A DNA stretch of 64,000 bases, from positions 21,142,001-21,206,000 of the forward strand of contig OZ024741.1 of the NCBI GenBank assembly GCA_964016885.1, given 5' to 3'. This document shows positions 57,601 through 64,000 of the stretch, piece by piece (within the stretch, counting starts at the first letter, position 1; the number at the start of each line of letters is the position of its first letter). The translations under genes and the position numbers were made by a program. The notes below the pieces were generated by a model. The model searched no databases. It was not told where the DNA came from and saw only the letters and a list, made by a program, of their open reading frames with translations. The stretch comes from Eledone cirrhosa. Lineage: Eukaryota.

Positions 57601-60600
57601 GATTGGTCATGGGAGCCAGTCAGAATGTGAGAAGTTGAGATGGAAGGAACTTTGGTTGGTCATGGGAGCCAGTCAGAATGTAAGAAGATAAGATGGAAGG
57701 AACTTTGGATGGTCATGGGAGCCAGTCAGAATGTGAGAAGTTGAGATGGAAGGAACTTTTGTTGGTCATGGGAGCCAGTCAGAATGTGAGAAGTTGAGAT
57801 GGAAGGAACTTTTGTTGGTCATGGGAGCCAGACAGGATGTGAGAAGATAAGATGGAAGGAACTTTGGATGGTCATGGGAGCCAGTCAGAATGTGAGAAGT
57901 TGAGATGGAAGGAACTTTTCTTGGTCATGGGAGCCAGTCAGAATGTGAGAAGTTGAGATGGAAGGAACTTTTGTTGGTCATGGGAGCCAGTCAGGATGTG
58001 AGAAAATGAGATGGAAGGAACTTTGGATGGTCATGGGAGCCAGTCAGAATGTGAGAAGTTGAGATTGAAGGAACTTTGGTTGGTCATGGGAGCCAGTCAG
58101 AATGTGAGAAGTTGAGATGGTAGGAACTTTGGTTGGTCATGGGAGCTAGTCAGAATGTGAGAAGATGAGATGGAAGGAACTTTGGTTGGTCATGGGAGCT
58201 GATCAGAATGTGAGAAGATGAGATGGAAGGAACTTTGGTTGGTCATGGGAGCTAGTCAGAATGTGAGAAGATGAGATGGAAGGAACTTTGGTTGGTCATG
58301 GGAGCCAGTCAGAATGTGAGAAGATGAGATGGAAGGAACTTTGGTTGGTCATGGGAGCTAATCAGAATGTGGGAAGATGAGATGGAAGGAACTTTGGTTG
58401 GTCATGGGAGCCAGTCAGAATGTGAGAAGTTGAGATGGAAGGAACTTTGGTTGGTCATGGGAGCCAGTCAGAATGTAAGAAGATAAGATGGAAGGAACTT
58501 TGGATGGTCATGGGAGCCAGTCAGAATGTGAGAAGTTGAGATGGAAGGAACTTTTGTTGGTCATGGGAGCCAGTCAGAATGTGAGAAGTTGAGATGGAAG
58601 GAACTTTTGTTGGTCATGGGAGCCAGTCAGGATGTGAGAAGATAAGATGGAAGGAACTTTGGATGGTCATGGGAGCCAGTCAGAATGTGAGAAGTTGAGA
58701 TGGAAGGAACTTTTCTTGGTCATGGGAGCCAGTCAGAATGTGAGAAGTTGAGATGGAAGGAACTTTTGTTGGTCATGGGAGCCAGTCAGGATGTGAGAAA
58801 ATGAGATGGAAGGAACTTTGGATGGTCATGGGAGCCAGTCAGAATGTGGGAAAATGAGATGGAAGGAACTTTGGTTGGTCATGGGAGCCAGTCAGAATGT
58901 GGGAAGAACAGATGGAAGGAACTTTGGTTGGTCATGGGAGCCAGTCAGAATGTGAGAAGATGTGAGGGAAGGAACTTTGGTTGGTCATGGGAGCCAGTCA
59001 GAATGCGAGAAGTTGAGATGGAAGGAACTTTGGTTGGTCATGGGAGCGAGTCAGAATGTGGGAAGATGAGATGGAAGGAACTTTGGTTGGTCATGGGAGC
59101 TAATCAGAATGTGAGAAGATGAGATGGAAGGAACTTTGGTTGGTCATGGGAGCAAATCAGATTGTGGGAAGATGAGATGGAAGGAACTTTGGTTGGTCAT
59201 GGGAGCCAGTCAAATTGTGGGCAGATGAGATGGAAGGAACTTTGGTTGGTCATGGGAGCCAGTCAGAATGTGGGAAGATGAGATGGAAGGAACTTTGGTT
59301 GGTCATGGGAGCCAGTCAGAATGTGGGAAGAACAGATGGAAGGAACTTTGGTTGGTCATGGGAGCCAGTCTGAATGTGAGAAGATGTGAGGGAAGGAACT
59401 TTGGTTGGTCATGGGAGCCAGTCAGAATGCGAGAAATTGAGATGGAAGGAACTTTGGTTGGTCATGGGAGCGAGTCAGAATGTGGGAAGATGAGATGGAA
59501 GGAACTTTGGTTGGTCATGGGAGCCAGTCAGATTGTGGGCAGATGAGATGGAAGGAACTTTGGTTGGTCATGGGAGCAAGTCAGATTGTGGGAAGATGAG
59601 ATGGAAGGAACTTTAGTTAGTCATGGGAGCCAGTCACATTGTGGGCAGATGAGATGGAAGGAACTTTGGTTGGTCATGGGAGCCAGTCAGATTGTGGGAA
59701 GATGAGATGGAAGGAACTTTGGTTGGTCATGGGAGCCATTCAGAATGTGAGAAGAAGAGATGGAAGGAACTTTGATTGGTCATGGGAGCCAGTCAGAATG
59801 TGAGAAGTTGAGATGGAAGGAACTTTGGTTGGTCATGGGAGCCAGTCAGAATGTAAGAAGATAAGATGGAAGGAACTTTGGATGGTCATGGGAGCCAGTC
59901 AGAATGTGAGAAGTTGAGATGGAAGGAACTTTTGTTGGTCATGGGAGCCAGTCAGAATGTGAGAAGTTGAGATGGAAGGAACTTTTGTTGGTCATGGGAG
60001 CCAGACAGGATGTGAGAAGATAAGATGGAAGTAACTTTGGATGGTCATGGGAGCCAGTCAGAATGTGAGAAGTTGAGATGGAAGGAACTTTTCTTGGTCA
60101 TGGGAGCCAGTCAGAATGTGAGAAGTTGAGATGGAAGGAACTTTTGTTGGTCATGGGAGCCAGTCAGGATGTGAGAAAATGAGATGGAAGGAACTTTGGA
60201 TGGTCATGGGAGCCAGTCAGAATGTGAGAAGTTGAGATTGAAGGAACTTTGGTTGGTCATGGGAGCCAGTCAGAATGTGAGAAGTTGAGATGGTAGGAAC
60301 TTTGGTTGGTCATGGGAGCTAGTCAGAATGTGAGAAGATGAGATGGAAGGAACTTTGGTTGGTCATGGGAGCTGATCAGAATGTGAGAAGATGAGATGGA
60401 AGGAACTTTGGTTGGTCATGGGAGCTAGTCAGAATGTGAGAAGATGAGATGGAAGGAACTTTGGTTGGTCATGGGAGCCAGTCAGAATGTGAGAAGATGA
60501 GATGGAAGGAACTTTGGTTGGTCATGGGAGCTAATCAGAATGTGGGAAGATGAGATGGAAGGAACTTTGGTTGGTCATGGGAGCCAGTCAGAATGTGAGA

Positions 60601-63600
60601 AGTTGAGATGGAAGGAACTTTGGTTGGTCATGGGAGCCAGTCAGAATGTAAGAAGATAAGATGGAAGGAACTTTGGATGGTCATGGGAGCCAGTCAGAAT
60701 GTGAGAAGTTGAGATGGAAGGAACTTTTGTTGGTCATGGGAGCCAGTCAGAATGTGAGAAGTTGAGATGGAAGGAACTTTTGTTGGTCATGGGAGCCAGT
60801 CAGGATGTGAGAAGATAAGATGGAAGGAACTTTGGATGGTCATGGGAGGCAGTCAGAATGTGAGAAGTTGAGATGGAAGGAACTTTTCTTGGTCATGGGA
60901 GCCAGTCAGAATGTGAGAAGTTGAGATGGAAGGAACTTTTGTTGGTCATGGGAGCCAGTCAGGATGTGAGAAAATGAGATGGAAGGAACTTTGGATGGTC
61001 ATGGGAGCCAGTCAGAATGTGAGAAAATGAGATGGAAGGAACTTTGGTTGGTCATGGGAGCCAGTCAGAATGTGGGAAGAACAGATGGAAGGAACTTTGG
61101 TTGGTCATGGGAGCCAGTCAGAATGTGAGAAGATGTGAGGGAAGGAACTTTGGTTGGTCATGGGAGCCAGTCAGAATGCGAGAAGTTGAGATGGAAGGAA
61201 CTTTGGTTGGTCATGGGAGCGAGTCAGAATGTGGGAAGATGAGATGGAAGGAACTTTGGTTGGTCATGGGAGCTAATCAGAATGTGAGAAGATGAGATGG
61301 AAGGAACTTTGGTTGGTCATGGGAGCAAATCAGATTGTGGGAAGATGAGATGGAAGGAACTTTGGTTGGTCATGGGAGCCAGTCAAATTGTGGGCAGATG
61401 AGATGGAAGGAACTTTGGTTGGTCATGGGAGCCAGTCAGAATGTGGGAAGATGAGATGGAAGGAACTTTGGTTGGTCATGGGAGCCAGTCAGAATGTGGG
61501 AAGAACAGATGGAAGGAACTTTGGTTGGTCATGGGAGCCAGTCTGAATGTGAGAAGATGTGAGGGAAGGAACTTTGGTTGGTCATGGGAGCCAGTTAGAA
61601 TGCGAGAAATTGAGATGGAAGGAACTTTGGTTGGTCATGGGAGCGAGTCAGAATGTGGGAAGATGAGATGGAAGGAACTTTGGTTGGTCATGGGAGCCAG
61701 TCAGATTGTGGGCAGATGAGATGGAAGGAACTTTGGTTGGTCATGGGAGCAAGTCAGATTGTGGGAAGATGAGATGGAAGGAACTTTAGTTAGTCATGGG
61801 AGCCAGTCACATTGTGGGCAGATGAGATGGAAGGAACTTTGGTTGGTCATGGGAGCCAGTCAGATTGTGGGAAGATGAGATGGAAGGAACTTTGGTTGGT
61901 CATGGGAGCCATTCAGAATGTGAGAAGAAGAGATGGAAGGAACTTTGATTGGTCATGGGAGCCAGTCAGAATGTGAGAAGTTGAGATGGAAGGAACTTTG
62001 GTTGGTCATGGGAGCCAGTCAGAATGTAAGAAGATAAGATGGAAGGAACTTTGGATGGTCATGGGAGCCAGTCAGAATGTGAGAAGTTGAGATGGAAGGA
62101 ACTTTTGTTGGTCATGGGAGCCAGTCAGAATGTGAGAAGTTGAGATGGAAGGAACTTTTGTTGGTCATGGGAGCCAGACAGGATGTGAGAAGATAAGATG
62201 GAAGGAACTTTGGATGGTCATGGGAGCCAGTCAGAATGTGAGAAGTTGAGATGGAAGGAACTTTTCTTGGTCATGGGAGCCAGTCAGAATGTGAGAAGTT
62301 GAGATGGAAGGAACTTTTGTTGGTCATGGGAGCCAGTCAGGATGTGAGAAAATGAGATGGAAGGAACTTTGGATGGTCATGGGAGCCAGTCAGAATGTGA
62401 GAAGTTGAGATTGAAGGAACTTTGGTTGGTCATGGGAGCCAGTCAGAATGTGAGAAGTTGAGATGGTAGGAACTTTGGTTGGTCATGGGAGCTAGTCAGA
62501 ATGTGAGAAGATGAGATGGAAGGAACTTTGGTTGGTCATGGGAGCTGATCAGAATGTGAGAAGATGAGATGGAAGGAACTTTGGTTGGTCATGGGAGCTA
62601 GTCAGAATGTGAGAAGATGAGATGGAAGGAACTTTGGTTGGTCATGGGAGCCAGTCAGAATGTGAGAAGATGAGATGGAAGGAACTTTGGTTGGTCATGG
62701 GAGCTAATCAGAATGTGGGAAGATGAGATGGAAGGAACTTTGGTTGGTCATGGGAGCCAGTCAGAATGTGAGAAGTTGAGATGGAAGGAACTTTGGTTGG
62801 TCATGGGAGCCAGTCAGAATGTAAGAAGATAAGATGGAAGGAACTTTGGATGGTCATGGGAGCCAGTCAGAATGTGAGAAGTTGAGATGGAAGGAACTTT
62901 TGTTGGTCATGGGAGCCAGTCAGAATGTGAGAAGTTGAGATGGAAGGAACTTTTGTTGGTCATGGGAGCCAGTCAGGATGTGAGAAGATAAGATGGAAGG
63001 AACTTTGGATGGTCATGGGAGCCAGTCAGAATGTGAGAAGTTGAGATGGAAGGAACTTTTCTTGGTCATGGGAGCCAGTCAGAATGTGAGAAGTTGAGAT
63101 GGAAGGAACTTTTGTTGGTCATGGGAGCCAGTCAGGATGTGAGAAAATGAGATGGAAGGAACTTTGGATGGTCATGGGAGCCAGTCAGAATGTGGGAAAA
63201 TGAGATGGAAGGAACTTTGGTTGGTCATGGGAGCCAGTCAGAATGTGGGAAGAACAGATGGAAGGAACTTTGGTTGGTCATGGGAGCCAGTCAGAATGTG
63301 AGAAGATGTGAGGGAAGGAACTTTGGTTGGTCATGGGAGCCAGTCAGAATGCGAGAAGTTGAGATGGAAGGAACTTTGGTTGGTCATGGGAGCGAGTCAG
63401 AATGTGGGAAGATGAGATGGAAGGAACTTTGGTTGGTCATGGGAGCTAATCAGAATGTGAGAAGATGAGATGGAAGGAACTTTGGTTGGTCATGGGAGCA
63501 AATCAGATTGTGGGAAGATGAGATGGAAGGAACTTTGGTTGGTCATGGGAGCCAGTCAAATTGTGGGCAGATGAGATGGAAGGAACTTTGGTTGGTCATG

Positions 63601-64000
63601 GGAGCCAGTCAGAATGTGGGAAGATGAGATGGAAGGAACTTTGGTTGGTCATGGGAGCCAGTCAGAATGTGGGAAGAACAGATGGAAGGAACTTTGGTTG
63701 GTCATGGGAGCCAGTCTGAATGTGAGAAGATGTGAGGGAAGGAACTTTGGTTGGTCATGGGAGCCAGTCAGAATGCGAGAAATTGAGATGGAAGGAACTT
63801 TGGTTGGTCATGGGAGCGAGTCAGAATGTGGGAAGATGAGATGGAAGGAACTTTGGTTGGTCATGGGAGCCAGTCAGATTGTGGGCAGATGAGATGGAAG
63901 GAACTTTGGTTGGTCATGGGAGCAAGTCAGATTGTGGGAAGATGAGATGGAAGGAACTTTAGTTAGTCATGGGAGCCAGTCACATTGTGGGCAGATGAGA
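54662..64000. repeat. 53-bp satellite (GATGAGATGGAAGGAACTTTGGTTGGTCATGGGAGCCAGTCAGAATGTGAGAA), about 176 copies, with higher-order repeats; runs off the window end
   Basis: Period 53; diagnostic variants recur at 1378, 2173 and 4346 bp. Confidence 0.98.

Noticed and set aside
55308-63892. Recurrent 87-92-aa ORFs
   Set aside because: Translations of the 53-bp satellite; useful only as higher-order repeat markers

Overview
AT-rich, repeat-dense eukaryotic DNA. The SINE and RTE-LINE repertoire points to a coleoid cephalopod, probably an octopod (inference). Two host genes converge tail to tail. (1) A plus-strand bilobal transferrin-family gene with a GPI-type C-terminal tail (melanotransferrin-like): seven phase-consistent coding exons from 8381 to 35881, signal-peptide exon not found. 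(2) The 3' three coding exons of SMIM7 on the minus strand (53214 to 45262); its 5' exons lie beyond a >9 kb 53-bp satellite that runs off the window end. The rest is transposon-derived: a near-intact RTE LINE with a PHD-like finger inside its RT region and many RTE fragments, Helitrons, Penelope-like elements, CR1 and CRE fragments, piggyBac/pogo/mariner/hAT-type MITEs, two tRNA-derived SINE types and about ten minisatellites. Most notable: (a) about ten hammerhead-ribozyme motifs or half-motifs of several families, some inside fold-back palindromes; (b) a transferrin whose C-lobe, not N-lobe, keeps the full iron-ligand set; (c) satellites traceable to specific transposon segments; (d) layered higher-order satellite structure. 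All alignments and folds were done by eye, and repeat boundaries are approximate.
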